Positions 8,088 to 17,804 of a DNA stretch of 64,000 bases are shown piece after piece. The translations under genes and the position numbers were made by a program. The stretch lies in contig CAMKTN010000004.1 of the NCBI GenBank assembly GCA_946415705.1, positions 20,102 through 84,101 of the forward strand. The letters are read 5' to 3'. Source of the stretch: an uncultured Prevotellaceae bacterium (GTDB lineage: Bacteria > Bacteroidota > Bacteroidia > Bacteroidales > Bacteroidaceae). Position 1 is the first letter of the stretch. Each line of letters starts with the position of its first letter. A model generated the notes under the pieces. It was not told the origin of the DNA, made no database searches, and worked only from the letters and a program-made list of their open reading frames with translations.

Positions 8088-8133
8088 GGATTAAGGATTA
8101 AGGATTATGGATTAAGGATTAAAGATTAAGGAT
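8087..8133. repeat. Degenerate 8-nt tandem array (GGATTAAG units)
   Basis: gggattaaggattaaggattatggattaaggattaaagattaaggat runs from the polyferredoxin stop to 3 nt before the next ATG. Confidence 0.85.
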
Positions 8134-8136
8134 GAT

Positions 8137-9573
8137 ATGATAGACAGAAATATATCTCGAAGGAATTTTATTAAGTATCTGGCGGGGGGGAGTGCGGCTG
8201 TTGTTCCTGTTGCTGCGCTGCTTAGCGGATGCAAAGGTGGCGACGGACTCGGTGATGCCGATGGCTCGCAGATGACCATGCGCGTGAATCCGAATACGGG
8301 CGACACGGTCAGCCTGCTGGGTTATGGTATGATGCGTCTGCCGATGCTCCCCGATGGTTCGAAGGAAGACCCGCAGACGGGACTCTTCGACCAGGAGATG
8401 ATCAACCGTCAGGTGGATTACGCGTTAGCTCACGGTGTCAATTACTTCGACACCAGCCCCGTGTATTGTCGCGGCCTCTCGGAGCGCTGCACGGGTATCG
8501 CGCTGAAGCGCCATCCGCGTGACAAGTACTTCATCGCCACGAAACTCTCCAACTTCGACAGCCGCCTGTGGCCGTTGGAGGAGTCGCAGAAGATGTTCGA
8601 GAACTCGCTGAAGGAGCTGCAGACCGACTATATCGACTATCTCCTGCTGCACAGTACGGGCGGTGGCGGTCGCGACCCGGAGACGGGCGAGGACCTGAGC
8701 GGCCTGGAGGTGTGCAAGCGCCGCTTCCTAAACAACGGCCTCGCAGATTGGCTCGTGGAGCAGAAGGAGAAGGGGCGCATCCGCAACCTCGGCTTCTCGT
8801 GGCACGGCGACTACAGGGCTTTCAAGCTACTGTTGCAGCTCCACGACGAGGGCCGCTACCACTGGGACTTCGTGCAGATAGAGCTGAACTACTTGGATTG
8901 GTTCTATGCCAACGAGATCAACGGCTCCAACGTGGATGCCGTCATCCTCTATGGTGAGCTGGAGAAGCGGGGCATCCCGGCGGTCATCATGGAGCCGCTG
9001 CTGGGCGGCCGTCTGGCAAAGGTCAACGACAATATCGCTGCCGAGTTGAAGCAGCGCGACCCCGAGGCCAGCATCGCCTCATGGGCCTTCCGCTTCGCAG
9101 GCACGCCCGAGGGCGTCCTGACCGTCCTCAGCGGCATGACCTTCATGGAACATCTGCAAGAGAACGTGGCCACCTATTCACCCCTGCGGCCCATCAGCCA
9201 CGAAGATCATGAGTTCCTCATTCATATCGCCGAGCTCATCTACGGTGAGAAGGAAATCCCCTGCACCGCCTGTCAGTACTGTATGCCGTGTCCCTACGGC
9301 ATAGACATTCCCAGCATCTTTGCCCATTACAACAAATGCATCCGCGAGGGCAACCTGCCCCAGAGCAGCGGCAGCCCTACGTACCGCAAGCAGCGTCGCG
9401 CGTTCCTCGTGGGCTACGACCGCAGTGTGCCGCGCCTGCGACAGGCCGACCATTGCATCGGCTGTGGCCAGTGCGCGCCGCATTGCCCGCAGCAGATTGA
9501 GATACCCAAGGAGCTGCAGCGCATCCACGACTATGTGGAGCAGTTGAAAAGGGATGACGGGAGTGAAGCTTAG
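8137..9573 (+). CDS. Tat-exported lipoprotein aldo/keto reductase with C-terminal Fe-S (ferredoxin-like) domain
   Basis: 478 aa. Tat motif SRRNFIKYL, lipobox LLSGC, and an AKR core (GVNYFDTSPVY, YIDYLLLHS). C-terminal CTACQYCMPCP and CIGCGQCAPHCP. Confidence 0.85.
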   Translation: MIDRNISRRNFIKYLAGGSAAVVPVAALLSGCKGGDGLGDADGSQMTMRVNPNTGDTVSLLGYGMMRLPMLPDGSKEDPQTGLFDQEMINRQVDYALAHGVNYFDTSPVYCRGLSERCTGIALKRHPRDKYFIATKLSNFDSRLWPLEESQKMFENSLKELQTDYIDYLLLHSTGGGGRDPETGEDLSGLEVCKRRFLNNGLADWLVEQKEKGRIRNLGFSWHGDYRAFKLLLQLHDEGRYHWDFVQIELNYLDWFYANEINGSNVDAVILYGELEKRGIPAVIMEPLLGGRLAKVNDNIAAELKQRDPEASIASWAFRFAGTPEGVLTVLSGMTFMEHLQENVATYSPLRPISHEDHEFLIHIAELIYGEKEIPCTACQYCMPCPYGIDIPSIFAHYNKCIREGNLPQSSGSPTYRKQRRAFLVGYDRSVPRLRQADHCIGCGQCAPHCPQQIEIPKELQRIHDYVEQLKRDDGSEA

Positions 9574-10388
9574 AGCTGCACCTGTTGTGCTTCCACGTCA
9601 TGCCCCAGGAAGAGGGCGGCGGAAGGCGAGAAGGTGTCGGGGTGCTCTGTAGTGAGGAAGCGGATGGTGCCGCCTTGTGTAAGGCGGGCATCCATGTCGG
9701 CATGGCGATGCAGGTAGTCCTGCAGGCTGTGTGCGACAAAATCTCCTTGAGAGATAATCTGTACGTGCGCGGGTGTGTATGCGCGTACCTTATCTAATAA
9801 TAGGGGGAAGTGTGTGCAGCCGAGGATGAGGGTGTCGATGTCGGGGTCGCGCTGAAGGAGCGTGTCGATATCGCGCTGCACGAAATAGTCGGCACCGGGG
9901 CTGTTGAACTCATTGTTTTCAACGAGGGGTACCCACATCGGGCATGCCTGGCCTGTGACGGTGATGTCGGGGTACAGCTTGGCCATCTCCAGCTCATACG
10001 TGCGGCTGTTGATGGTTCCTTGTGTGGCAACGATGCCCACGTGTCTGCTGCGGGTGATGTCACCCACAGCTTCCACGGTAGGGCGTATAACGCCGAGGAC
10101 ACGGCGCGAGGGGTCTGACATCTGCGGCAGGTCATGCTGCTGAATGGTGCGCAGGGCTTTGGCAGATGCGGTGTTACAGGCCAGGATGATGAGCGGACAG
10201 CCCATGTCGAAAAGCTTGCGGACGGCCTGCAAGGTGAACTCATAGACGCGTTCGAAGCTGCGTGTGCCGTAGGGCGCACGTGCATTGTCCCCCAAGTAAA
10301 GGTAGTCATACTGGGGCATCAGCGAGCGGATCTCACGCAAGATGGTGAGACCGCCGTAGCCGCTGTCAAAGATGCCGAGGGGGGACAA
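9570..10388 (-). CDS. murI: Glutamate racemase
   Basis: 272 aa. GIFDSGYGGLTILREI, LGDNARAPYG, IILACNTASA, LILGCTHFPLL. Confidence 0.92.
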   Translation of the reverse strand: MSPLGIFDSGYGGLTILREIRSLMPQYDYLYLGDNARAPYGTRSFERVYEFTLQAVRKLFDMGCPLIILACNTASAKALRTIQQHDLPQMSDPSRRVLGVIRPTVEAVGDITRSRHVGIVATQGTINSRTYELEMAKLYPDITVTGQACPMWVPLVENNEFNSPGADYFVQRDIDTLLQRDPDIDTLILGCTHFPLLLDKVRAYTPAHVQIISQGDFVAHSLQDYLHRHADMDARLTQGGTIRFLTTEHPDTFSPSAALFLGHDVEAQQVQL

Positions 10389-10397
10389 TGGGGGGGA

Positions 10398-10449
10398 GTT
10401 TAAAGTTTAAGGTTTAAAGTTTAAGGTTTAAAGTTTAAGGTTTAAGGTT
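10398..10449. repeat. Degenerate 8-nt tandem array (GTTTAAAG / GTTTAAGG units)
   Basis: 6.5 units between the murI start and the ompH stop; the ompH stop codon lies within the array. Confidence 0.85.
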
Positions 10450-10990
10450 GGGGAACCTCCGTGGGGATGCCGAGGCGGGTGAGGACGAGGTCGGTGAGGT
10501 CCACGCCAGCCTGCGGGTGGATGAAGGGCACGGCGTTGTCGTCGGTGTTGAGGACGAAGAAAAGCCCACGCTCGCCGGCCACAGCCTGGATGGCCTCTGC
10601 CAGCTTAGCGATGCAGGGAGCCTGCAACTCGGCTTCGGCTTGCTTCAGGAGGCGCTGCGATTCCTGACGGAAGGCCACGCTCTTGTTCATGAGGTCCTGC
10701 AACTCCAGCTGGCGCTTCTGCAGGATGCTGGGCGGGAAGTCCTTCTGTCCCTGCAGGAACTCGGAGAACTTGCGCTGGAACTCCTCCTCGGAATGCTGGG
10801 CTTCGGCGTCGTACTTGGCTTTCAGCTCCTCGAAGGCGGCCTTGGCGGTGGCGTATTCTGGCATCCGCTCATAAACGCTCTTGTAGCTGATATAGCCAAA
10901 CTGAGGCACACGCACCTCGGTAGCAGGCTCCTGTGCGCACAGCGACAGGGATACCATCGTGGCGCACAAGAGTGAGAATATCTTCTTCAT
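10442..10990 (-). CDS. OmpH/Skp-family periplasmic chaperone (third, most divergent paralogue)
   Basis: 182 aa with a signal peptide and a coiled-coil-rich E/K/Q core (ELKAKYDAEAQHSEEEFQRKFSEFLQ). Lies downstream of bamA. Confidence 0.75.
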   Translation of the reverse strand: MKKIFSLLCATMVSLSLCAQEPATEVRVPQFGYISYKSVYERMPEYATAKAAFEELKAKYDAEAQHSEEEFQRKFSEFLQGQKDFPPSILQKRQLELQDLMNKSVAFRQESQRLLKQAEAELQAPCIAKLAEAIQAVAGERGLFFVLNTDDNAVPFIHPQAGVDLTDLVLTRLGIPTEVPQP

Positions 10991-11017
10991 AAGTAGATGA
11001 CGAATAGTAGAACGGGT

Positions 11018-11518
11018 TTAGATGCCCAGCGCTTTCTTCAGCTCGGGCGTGATGTCGGTGCTGAGCTTGGTGCTGATAAAGGGGATGCCCATGGAAGTGT
11101 CCATGATATAGACAAAGCCACCGGCCTCACCAATCTGCTTGACGGCATTAAGGACCTTCTCGGAGATGGCCTGCATCTTCTCAGCCTGTGCCTTCTGGTA
11201 AGCCTGCTGGTTGTCCTGTACGCTCTGCTGCATGCGCTGGTAGAGATCCTCCAGCTCAGCCTGACGGCGCTGGCGCACGTTATCGAGGAGGTTGGCCTGC
11301 TCCTTCTGGAACTCTTCGCCCTTCTTCTGCAGTTCGTCCTGCATGCGCTTCAGGTCGTCCTCGTACTGCTTGGCGAGGTTCTGGAGCTCGTTCTGAGCGG
11401 TGACATATTCGGGGAGGAGGGGCACCAGCTCTGTGGAGTTAAAGTGTCCGAACTTCTGTGCTGACATGGTCAGGGGAGCGAGCAGCATCATGATGGCTGC
11501 AAAGATGATTTTTTTCAT
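11018..11518 (-). CDS. OmpH/Skp-family periplasmic chaperone
   Basis: 166 aa. Signal peptide, KFGHFNSTELVPLLPEY, a long E/Q/K helical hairpin, and the C-terminal DITPELKKALGI typical of OmpH. Confidence 0.85.
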   Translation of the reverse strand: MKKIIFAAIMMLLAPLTMSAQKFGHFNSTELVPLLPEYVTAQNELQNLAKQYEDDLKRMQDELQKKGEEFQKEQANLLDNVRQRRQAELEDLYQRMQQSVQDNQQAYQKAQAEKMQAISEKVLNAVKQIGEAGGFVYIMDTSMGIPFISTKLSTDITPELKKALGI

Positions 11519-11555
11519 TTGTTTTCTTTTGAGATTTTATTAGTAATTAATTTTG

Positions 11556-11614
11556 ATAGGGCTTATAGGGCTTATAAGGCTTATAGGTCTTATGGGGCCT
11601 ATTGGGCTTATGAG
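11556..11614. repeat. Degenerate 9-nt tandem array (GGCTTATAG units)
   Basis: atagggcttatagggcttataaggcttataggtcttatggggcctattgggcttatgag lies between two ompH genes. Confidence 0.85.
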
Positions 11615-11617
11615 AAT

Positions 11618-12139
11618 TTATTGGCCGTAGCCGAGTTTGTGAAGGACATCATTGGAGATGTCGATTTTGGGGGATGCGAAGATGATGCCGGCATCGGAGG
11701 CGCGGTCGAGGACAAGGCTGTAGCCCTTGAGCTCGCAGATGTCCTTCACGGCATTGTAGATCTCGTCCTGAATGGGTTGCATCAGGCTCTCGCGCTTCTT
11801 GAAGAGCTCGCCCTCGGGACCGAAGTATTTCTTCTTCAGCTCTGCGGCTTCCTTCTCCTTGGCGACGATGGCCTCCTCGCGTTGCTTCTTCTGTTCGGCA
11901 CTGAGGAATACGGTCTCGCTCTGGTAGGCTTTGTACAGGTCCTCGGCCTCTTTGCTGAGGGCTTCCACCTCTGCCTGCCACTTGCGGGAGACTTGGTTGA
12001 GCTGCTCATTGGCGCGCTCGTAGGCGGGTACGTTCTTCAGGATATATTCCATATCAATGAGCACGAACTTCTGGGCAGATACGGGCTGGCTGTAACCGAT
12101 GGCTACTGCGGCCAGCATGATCATCATTAACTTTTTCAT
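11618..12139 (-). CDS. OmpH/Skp-family periplasmic chaperone
   Basis: 173 aa. Signal peptide, KFVLIDMEYILKNVPAYE, helical E/K core, C-terminal DISNDVLHKLGY. Confidence 0.85.
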   Translation of the reverse strand: MKKLMMIMLAAVAIGYSQPVSAQKFVLIDMEYILKNVPAYERANEQLNQVSRKWQAEVEALSKEAEDLYKAYQSETVFLSAEQKKQREEAIVAKEKEAAELKKKYFGPEGELFKKRESLMQPIQDEIYNAVKDICELKGYSLVLDRASDAGIIFASPKIDISNDVLHKLGYGQ

Positions 12140-12199
12140 ATATGCGTTGCTTGTAGTTAATTATAGTCCTTTGACGGGTAAAACCTTTGAGGGTTTAAA

Positions 12200-14863
12200 T
12201 TAGAACTCTTGTCCGAGGATGAAGTGGAACTGGCTGCCGCCGTAGGTGCGACTGCCGAAGACCTTGTCGAAACCATAGGCCCAGTCAACACCGAGCAGAC
12301 CCACCATGGGCAGGAAGACGCGGACGCCGACACCTGCGGAGCGTTTCATGTCAAACGGGTTGAAGTCCTTGATGTCGTCCCACGCGTTACCACCCTCCAC
12401 GAAGGCGAGGCCGTAGATGTTGGTGGAGTTGCCCAGGATGAAGGGGTAGCGGATCTCGAGGGTGAAGCGGTCGTAGGCGTAGCCTGTATAGCCGCGAGGC
12501 GTGAGGGAGCCGTTGTCGTAACCGCGCAGACCTACGGTCTCGGTGGCGTAGCTGTAGCTGTAGCCGCTCATGCCGTCGCCGCCGACGTAGAAGGTCTCGA
12601 AGGGTGACTTCTTGTTCTTGTTGAAGCTGCCGAGGATACCGAACTCCACGCGTGTCACGAGCACCGGGCACTTGCTGCCTCCCGTGAGGGCGGTGTAGGT
12701 GCGGCTCTTGAACTTCCACTTGTGGTACTCGATAAACTTGTACTTCTTCTGCAGCTCATCCATATAGCTGGAGGCCAGCGAGTTGGTGGCCAGGTTCTCG
12801 TAATCCACACCGTCGAAGAGCGAGTAGGGCGGTGTGATGCCCAGCGAGAAGGTGAACTCCGAACCGCGACGCGGGTAGATGGGGTTATCGGTGGAGTTAC
12901 GCGACAGGTGCAGGTTCACGCTGATGTTGTTACAGCTACCGTTGCTGACAAGGAAGTACTCCCAGTTCTTCAGCGTATAGCGCGTATAGCTGAGGTCTGC
13001 CGAGAAGGTGAAATAGTCGTCAGGCCAGCTCAGGCGCTTACCCCAGCCGAGCGAGAAACCGTAGATTTGGATGGACTTGTCCGGGTCGTAGAAGTTCTCG
13101 TAGTAGTTGCCGGTGTTGGTGCCGTAGCCGTAGAGATAGTTATAATAGGAGTTGTAGTAAGCGGAGTTATAGTAGCGGTCGCTGACGTCGGTCTGCTTGG
13201 AATAGAAGGCCGAGAAGGAGAGCGAGTTGGGTCGCTTGCCGCCAAACCACGGGTCGAGGTAGTTGATGGAGTAGGACTGGTAGTAGCGGCCGTTGGTCTG
13301 TCCGCTGATGCTGAAGCTCTCGCCGTTACCCTTGGGCATCACGCCACGGCGCAGGCCGTTCTTGGCGAAGAGGTTCCGTATGGAGAAGTTGGAGAACTTC
13401 AGGCCGATGCGTCCGATGACGCCCGTCTGGCCATAGCCCAGCGAGAACTCAATCTGGTCATTGGACTTCGGCGACAGGTTCCAGGTGAGATCTACCGTGC
13501 CGTTGTCGGGGTCCGGCTCCAGCTTGTAGTCGATGTTCTCGGGGTCGAAGTGTCCCATGCTGGCGATTTCGCGGTAGGAGCGCTCCAGGGCTTCCTTGGA
13601 GAACAGGTCGCCAGGCTTGTTGCGCAGCTCGCGACGGATGACGTTCTCATAGACCTCATCGTTACCCGTGATCTTCACGTGGCTGATGTAGGCCTGCTGG
13701 TTCTCTTCGATACGCATCTCCAAATCGACGCTGTCGCCCACGATGTTCACCTCCACGGGGTTGAGCTGATAGAAGAGGTAGCCGTTGTTATAGTAGAGGT
13801 TACCGATGGCGTCCTCGTCGATGTTGAGGCGCTTCTTGAGGTGTGTCTGGTTATAGACGTCGCCTTTCTTCATGCGCAGCTCCTGGTTGAGGAAGTCCGT
13901 ACTGTACAGGGTGTTACCCACCCATTCGATATTGCGGATGTAGTATTTCTGACCTTCTTCCACCTCGATGGCGATATCTACGCTGCTCTCGTCGTGGGGG
14001 CGCACGCTGTCATAGACGATGCGCGCATCGCGGTAGCCGTATTCATTGTATTTCTCGATGAGGCGCTCCTTGTCCTCCTTCCAGCGTTCCTCGATGAACT
14101 TCTTGGAGCGGAACCAGCTGGACATCTTGCCCTTCTCGTGGGTCTTCTTGAAGGCACCGTTCTTGAAGAGGTTACCCTTGATCTGCGACATCTTCAGCGC
14201 CGTGTTGCCACGCACATCGATGCTGTTCACCTTCACCTTGCCTTTCTTCTCGACATTGATGTCCAGGATGGCGTGGCCGGGTGCCGAGACATCGTCGTGC
14301 TGGATGATCTCGATGACGGAGTTCTTGTAGCCCTTGTCGTCGAAGTATTTCTTGGCGAGGATCTTGGTGCGGTCGATGATGTTAGGCGTGAGCTGTCCGT
14401 CGCGCACCAGTCCCAGCTTCTTCTCCAGGTCTTCCCGCTCGCTTTTCTTCACGCCGTTGTAGTTGACCTGCGAGATGCGGGGGCGTGCTGCCAGGGTGAT
14501 ATGCAGGTAGGCGGAGTCGGCAACGAGGCTATCCACGCGGATGGCGACGTTGTTGAACAGACCGTTCTTCCAGTAGCGCCTGATGGCATTGGTGATCTCC
14601 TCGCCCGGCAGCATGATCTTCTGCCCCTTGGTGAGTCCGGAGAGTCCGATGAGGATGTAGTCGTCGTAGCTCTTCACGCCATCCACCGTGATGCCGCCGA
14701 TGATATATTGCTGTGGCGTGCGGGTGTAGTCGATGACGGGATTGACGACGCGTTCTTCTGTCTGGGCAAAGAGCCTCACCCCCGCCCCCTCGTGGAAGGG
14801 CGAGGGAAGGATGTACCACAGTAGAACGATAGTAAGAAGTCTGTATATGAGGCCTTTATTCAT
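12200..14863 (-). CDS. bamA: Outer membrane protein assembly factor BamA
   Basis: 887 aa. POTRA repeats ([13 protein letters not shown]..., [11 protein letters not shown]..., [12 protein letters not shown]..., [10 protein letters not shown]..., [11 protein letters not shown]...) and a C-terminal beta-barrel ending FHFILGQEF. The stop overlaps the uppS start region. Confidence 0.93.
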   Translation of the reverse strand: MNKGLIYRLLTIVLLWYILPSPFHEGAGVRLFAQTEERVVNPVIDYTRTPQQYIIGGITVDGVKSYDDYILIGLSGLTKGQKIMLPGEEITNAIRRYWKNGLFNNVAIRVDSLVADSAYLHITLAARPRISQVNYNGVKKSEREDLEKKLGLVRDGQLTPNIIDRTKILAKKYFDDKGYKNSVIEIIQHDDVSAPGHAILDINVEKKGKVKVNSIDVRGNTALKMSQIKGNLFKNGAFKKTHEKGKMSSWFRSKKFIEERWKEDKERLIEKYNEYGYRDARIVYDSVRPHDESSVDIAIEVEEGQKYYIRNIEWVGNTLYSTDFLNQELRMKKGDVYNQTHLKKRLNIDEDAIGNLYYNNGYLFYQLNPVEVNIVGDSVDLEMRIEENQQAYISHVKITGNDEVYENVIRRELRNKPGDLFSKEALERSYREIASMGHFDPENIDYKLEPDPDNGTVDLTWNLSPKSNDQIEFSLGYGQTGVIGRIGLKFSNFSIRNLFAKNGLRRGVMPKGNGESFSISGQTNGRYYQSYSINYLDPWFGGKRPNSLSFSAFYSKQTDVSDRYYNSAYYNSYYNYLYGYGTNTGNYYENFYDPDKSIQIYGFSLGWGKRLSWPDDYFTFSADLSYTRYTLKNWEYFLVSNGSCNNISVNLHLSRNSTDNPIYPRRGSEFTFSLGITPPYSLFDGVDYENLATNSLASSYMDELQKKYKFIEYHKWKFKSRTYTALTGGSKCPVLVTRVEFGILGSFNKNKKSPFETFYVGGDGMSGYSYSYATETVGLRGYDNGSLTPRGYTGYAYDRFTLEIRYPFILGNSTNIYGLAFVEGGNAWDDIKDFNPFDMKRSAGVGVRVFLPMVGLLGVDWAYGFDKVFGSRTYGGSQFHFILGQEF
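14774..14810. repeat. GC-rich hairpin element in frame inside the bamA signal-peptide region
   Basis: cctcacccccgccccctcgtggaagggcgagggaagg, same family as 6411, 7347 and 40030. Read on the minus strand it encodes [11 protein letters not shown] between the hydrophobic core and AQTEE. Confidence 0.8.
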
Positions 14864-15582
14864 TGGTTCTCGTTTATTTGTTCGCTGGTCTTGCCGAAGC
14901 GGCGCTCACGGCTCTGGTAGTCTGCGATGGCCAGGTGCAACGCCTCCTGGTCGAAGTCGGGCCAGAACGTGTCGCAGAAATAGAGTTCGGTATATGCTAT
15001 CTGCCACAGCAGGTAGTTGCTGACGCGCTGCTCCCCACCCGTGCGGATGAGCAGCTCGGGGTCTGGCATGAAGGTGGTCTGCAGGTGTGCGCTCACCACG
15101 TCTTCCGTGATGTCCTCGGCGGCGATGCCCTCGCGGGCGATCTCCTGCATGGCGTGTGTCAGCTCCCAGCGGGCTGAGTAGCTTAGGGCCAGCACCAGGG
15201 TCATGGCGTCGTTCTTTGCCGTGCGTTCGATCATCATGTTCATCTTCTCCTGCACGTCTTCGGGGAGGCGTGTCTTGTCGCCGATGACGCGGAAGCGGAC
15301 GTTGTTCTTCATGAAGATCTCGTCCTCCAGGTTCTTCAGGAGGAGCCCCATGAGTGCGCGTACCTCTTCGGGCGGCCGGTTCCAGTTCTCCGTCGAGAAG
15401 GTGTAGAGCGTCAGATACTTGACGCCGAGGTGTACACATTCCTCGGTAATGACGCGTACCGTTTCCACGCCTTGGATATGCCCTGCCGTGCGCGGCTGTC
15501 CTTTGGCTTTGGCCCAACGCCCGTTGCCGTCCATGATGATGGCAATGTGTTTGGGAATCCTGTTCTTATCAAGTTCTACCAT
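14860..15582 (-). CDS. uppS: Isoprenyl transferase (undecaprenyl-diphosphate synthase)
   Basis: [49 protein letters not shown]. The start is set at [12 protein letters not shown] (15582), which removes the overlap with the upstream gene. Confidence 0.92.
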   Translation of the reverse strand: MVELDKNRIPKHIAIIMDGNGRWAKAKGQPRTAGHIQGVETVRVITEECVHLGVKYLTLYTFSTENWNRPPEEVRALMGLLLKNLEDEIFMKNNVRFRVIGDKTRLPEDVQEKMNMMIERTAKNDAMTLVLALSYSARWELTHAMQEIAREGIAAEDITEDVVSAHLQTTFMPDPELLIRTGGEQRVSNYLLWQIAYTELYFCDTFWPDFDQEALHLAIADYQSRERRFGKTSEQINENQ

Positions 15583-15607
15583 AATGGTGTAATATATCGG
15601 ATGGTGA

Positions 15608-16333
15608 TTAGTTGTTGCACTTGCGGTATTTGGGCGCGATGTCATAGGAGAGTGTCAGCGCCATCTTGGTGTAGCAGTCCTTATTCTTGAACAACCCGCT
15701 CTCGATGCCGTAGGGGTCCACGAGATGGGGAGTGGCCTCGGAGTCGTCGAGCTTGTCGCAGGTGGTGAAGTTGAACGTCCATTCAAAGCCCAGGTTCAGG
15801 CGGGGACACACCTTGAAGCGGAAGCCTGCACCCAGCGGGATGCACATGCCTGCGGCCGCCTTGGCGCCACCGCCCATGCCGATGCACATGCCTACGCCGA
15901 CCGTCACATACGGCGACCACCGTTTCAAGCCCTTGTAGCTGGCGCCCATGCCGTAGCCCAGGAAGTTCATCTCGAACTGTGCGCCCACGTCCAGCACATT
16001 GCGGCTGAAGTGGATGAGCTGTGCCGGCTGGCCGCCTTCGGGCGTCTCGCTTTGCGGGTCGGTGGGAATGAAGATGCCTTCTGTGTTGCCGCTGATATGC
16101 CCGAACGATGAGAAGACTTTCACGACCATGCGGGGGTTGAGGTTGCGGCGCCAGAACAGCGTCCCCATCATTCCGGGGTGCTTCATGAAACCTCCAGCGG
16201 CATCGCCGACATAGCTGTCCAGGCCGATTCCGCCGCCAATCTCCTGCTGGTATTCCAACAGCTCGCCGCCGTCCTGAGCGTGGCAGCCCAAGGCGATGAC
16301 AGTGGCAACAAGGAGGGTGATGAGGCGTGGCAT
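15608..16333 (-). CDS. Outer-membrane beta-barrel protein (DUF6089-like)
   Basis: Start at [20 protein letters not shown] (signal peptide), with Gly/aromatic beta-strand periodicity. Sits at the position upstream of uppS-bamA that is conserved in Bacteroidota. Confidence 0.65.
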   Translation of the reverse strand: MPRLITLLVATVIALGCHAQDGGELLEYQQEIGGGIGLDSYVGDAAGGFMKHPGMMGTLFWRRNLNPRMVVKVFSSFGHISGNTEGIFIPTDPQSETPEGGQPAQLIHFSRNVLDVGAQFEMNFLGYGMGASYKGLKRWSPYVTVGVGMCIGMGGGAKAAAGMCIPLGAGFRFKVCPRLNLGFEWTFNFTTCDKLDDSEATPHLVDPYGIESGLFKNKDCYTKMALTLSYDIAPKYRKCNN

Positions 16334-16335
16334 GC

Positions 16336-17715
16336 TTATTCTCCGTAACTGTTCAGGCGGGCGCGCCAGATGCGCGGGCCTGTGATAATCCAAATGTATT
16401 CTCCTGCTACGGTGGCAGCGATGTGCTCGCCGTCGGCGGCCTGCTGGCCGCTGCCCAGCGTCAGCTCAGTATATTCCTTCCATGTCACGCCGTTGTCGGT
16501 CGAATAGTAGGTGGTGGCAGACTTCCCGATGGCGATAATTCTGCTGCAGTAGTCCACGAGGCTACCCTCCTTGAGGAGGGATGACCAGGGGAGGTTGTAG
16601 TCGTTGTCGCCCGTGCGGGAGATGAGCAGCCACGGCTCATCCTCGTCTTCCTCGCGGTACCAGGTGGCGGTGGTCTCGTCGCAGCTGCCGGTGAGTATCA
16701 CGCGGGCCGTGCCGTTGCTCTGGGTGTAGTAGGTGGCGGCGTGATTCGTGAAGGGGAAGAGGCTTTCGTCGTCATCCAGATTGACCGCTGTCCACGCCTG
16801 GCCGTCCTCGGAGCAGCTCATGACACCGTTGATGGTGGCGTAGAGCAGGTTAGGGGAGGCTGCCAGCAGCTGTATGGTCGTGCCGGCGTCGGTCTGTGCC
16901 ACCGTCTCCCATGCCACGCCGTCAGCTGAGCGGAGGAGTGCGCCGCTGGTCGTGTGCATCCACAGTTTGCCTTGCGATTTCTGCAGGCTGCCCACCTCAG
17001 CGCCGTCGGCACCCGTGCAGGGCGTGTCCGACCATGTAGGCGCTGTCGTGCCTGTGGCGGTGGTGAGGTGGAAGGCGTTGCTGCCGTCGATGCTGACGAT
17101 GGCAAAGCCGTTCTTCCATGCTACCGCACGGCGCTCGCTGCGGCCCGCCAGCAGGCTGGTGCCGCCGTCCGCGGGCATCATCTGCTCCCACGTATATCCG
17201 TTGGGGTCGTTGTCGCGAATGGTGATGGTCACCAGATAGTCACGGGAGCTGCCGCCGTCGGTGGCAGTGGCGCGGAACACCACGGGCGTGGAGAAGTCCA
17301 CGTTATCTCCGCTGGTGAACGTTATCCATGCGCCCTCGTTGTTGAGGGGGCGGTAGGTGAAGTTACCCTCGCCGGCGATGGTCACAGGCACAATCGTGGG
17401 GTCGGTGCCTACGAGCAGCGGTTTGGTGCTGTAGATGGTTCCTGCATACAGGGAGGGAGCCATCTCCTGCTGCCGGGGTATCTGGTCGATGGCCATGGGG
17501 TAGTAGGAGCCGGCGTAGGTGTACGTGGTCGTCACCGCCTCACCCGACTCGTCGGTGGAAGTTCTGTAGTAGGTGAGTGTCCCCAACGTGAAGGAACTGA
17601 TGTAGCACAGGCTGGTGGGTGTTGTCGTTTCCTCATCGTCCTTTTTGCAGGATGAGAGGGGCCAAACGAGGAGCAATGCCAGCAGGGCAAAGAGTATGTT
17701 AAGCGCTTTTTTCAT
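16336..17715 (-). CDS. Hypothetical lipoprotein, beta-propeller-like C-terminal region
   Basis: MKKALNILFALLALLLVWPLSSC lipobox. Repeated W-containing blades (DGVAWETV, DGQAWTAV, DNGVTWKEY) resemble BNR/Ycf48-like repeats. Confidence 0.65.
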   Translation of the reverse strand: MKKALNILFALLALLLVWPLSSCKKDDEETTTPTSLCYISSFTLGTLTYYRTSTDESGEAVTTTYTYAGSYYPMAIDQIPRQQEMAPSLYAGTIYSTKPLLVGTDPTIVPVTIAGEGNFTYRPLNNEGAWITFTSGDNVDFSTPVVFRATATDGGSSRDYLVTITIRDNDPNGYTWEQMMPADGGTSLLAGRSERRAVAWKNGFAIVSIDGSNAFHLTTATGTTAPTWSDTPCTGADGAEVGSLQKSQGKLWMHTTSGALLRSADGVAWETVAQTDAGTTIQLLAASPNLLYATINGVMSCSEDGQAWTAVNLDDDESLFPFTNHAATYYTQSNGTARVILTGSCDETTATWYREEDEDEPWLLISRTGDNDYNLPWSSLLKEGSLVDYCSRIIAIGKSATTYYSTDNGVTWKEYTELTLGSGQQAADGEHIAATVAGEYIWIITGPRIWRARLNSYGE

Positions 17716-17737
17716 TGAAATGGTCATAAAAACGGCG

Positions 17738-17745
17738 CAAAATTA
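17738..17745 (-). promoter_or_regulatory. -7 promoter box TAATTTTG (extended AATAATGTGTAATTTTG)
   Basis: 23 nt upstream of the ATG at 17715. Same extended motif as 154-161 and 3515-3522. Confidence 0.45.
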
Positions 17746-17804
17746 CACATTATTATAAAAGATAGGAAATCTAAGCCGCTGAAAATGCTTTTTAGGCGAC
17801 GTTA

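Noticed and set aside
9570-9573. 4-nt convergent overlap of the AKR and murI stop codons with no terminator between them
   Set aside because: Convergent stop overlaps occur by chance in compact genomes. There is no further evidence of functional significance.
10442-12139. Three tandem OmpH/Skp paralogues downstream of bamA
   Set aside because: Multiple ompH copies after bamA are, to my knowledge, the normal Bacteroidota arrangement. Only the arrays between them are unusual, and those are reported separately.
12722-14824. 700-aa ORF on the plus strand opposite bamA
   Set aside because: Antisense shadow ORF (Val/Asp/Leu/Gly-rich, no motifs). bamA on the minus strand has POTRA repeats and a beta-barrel terminus.
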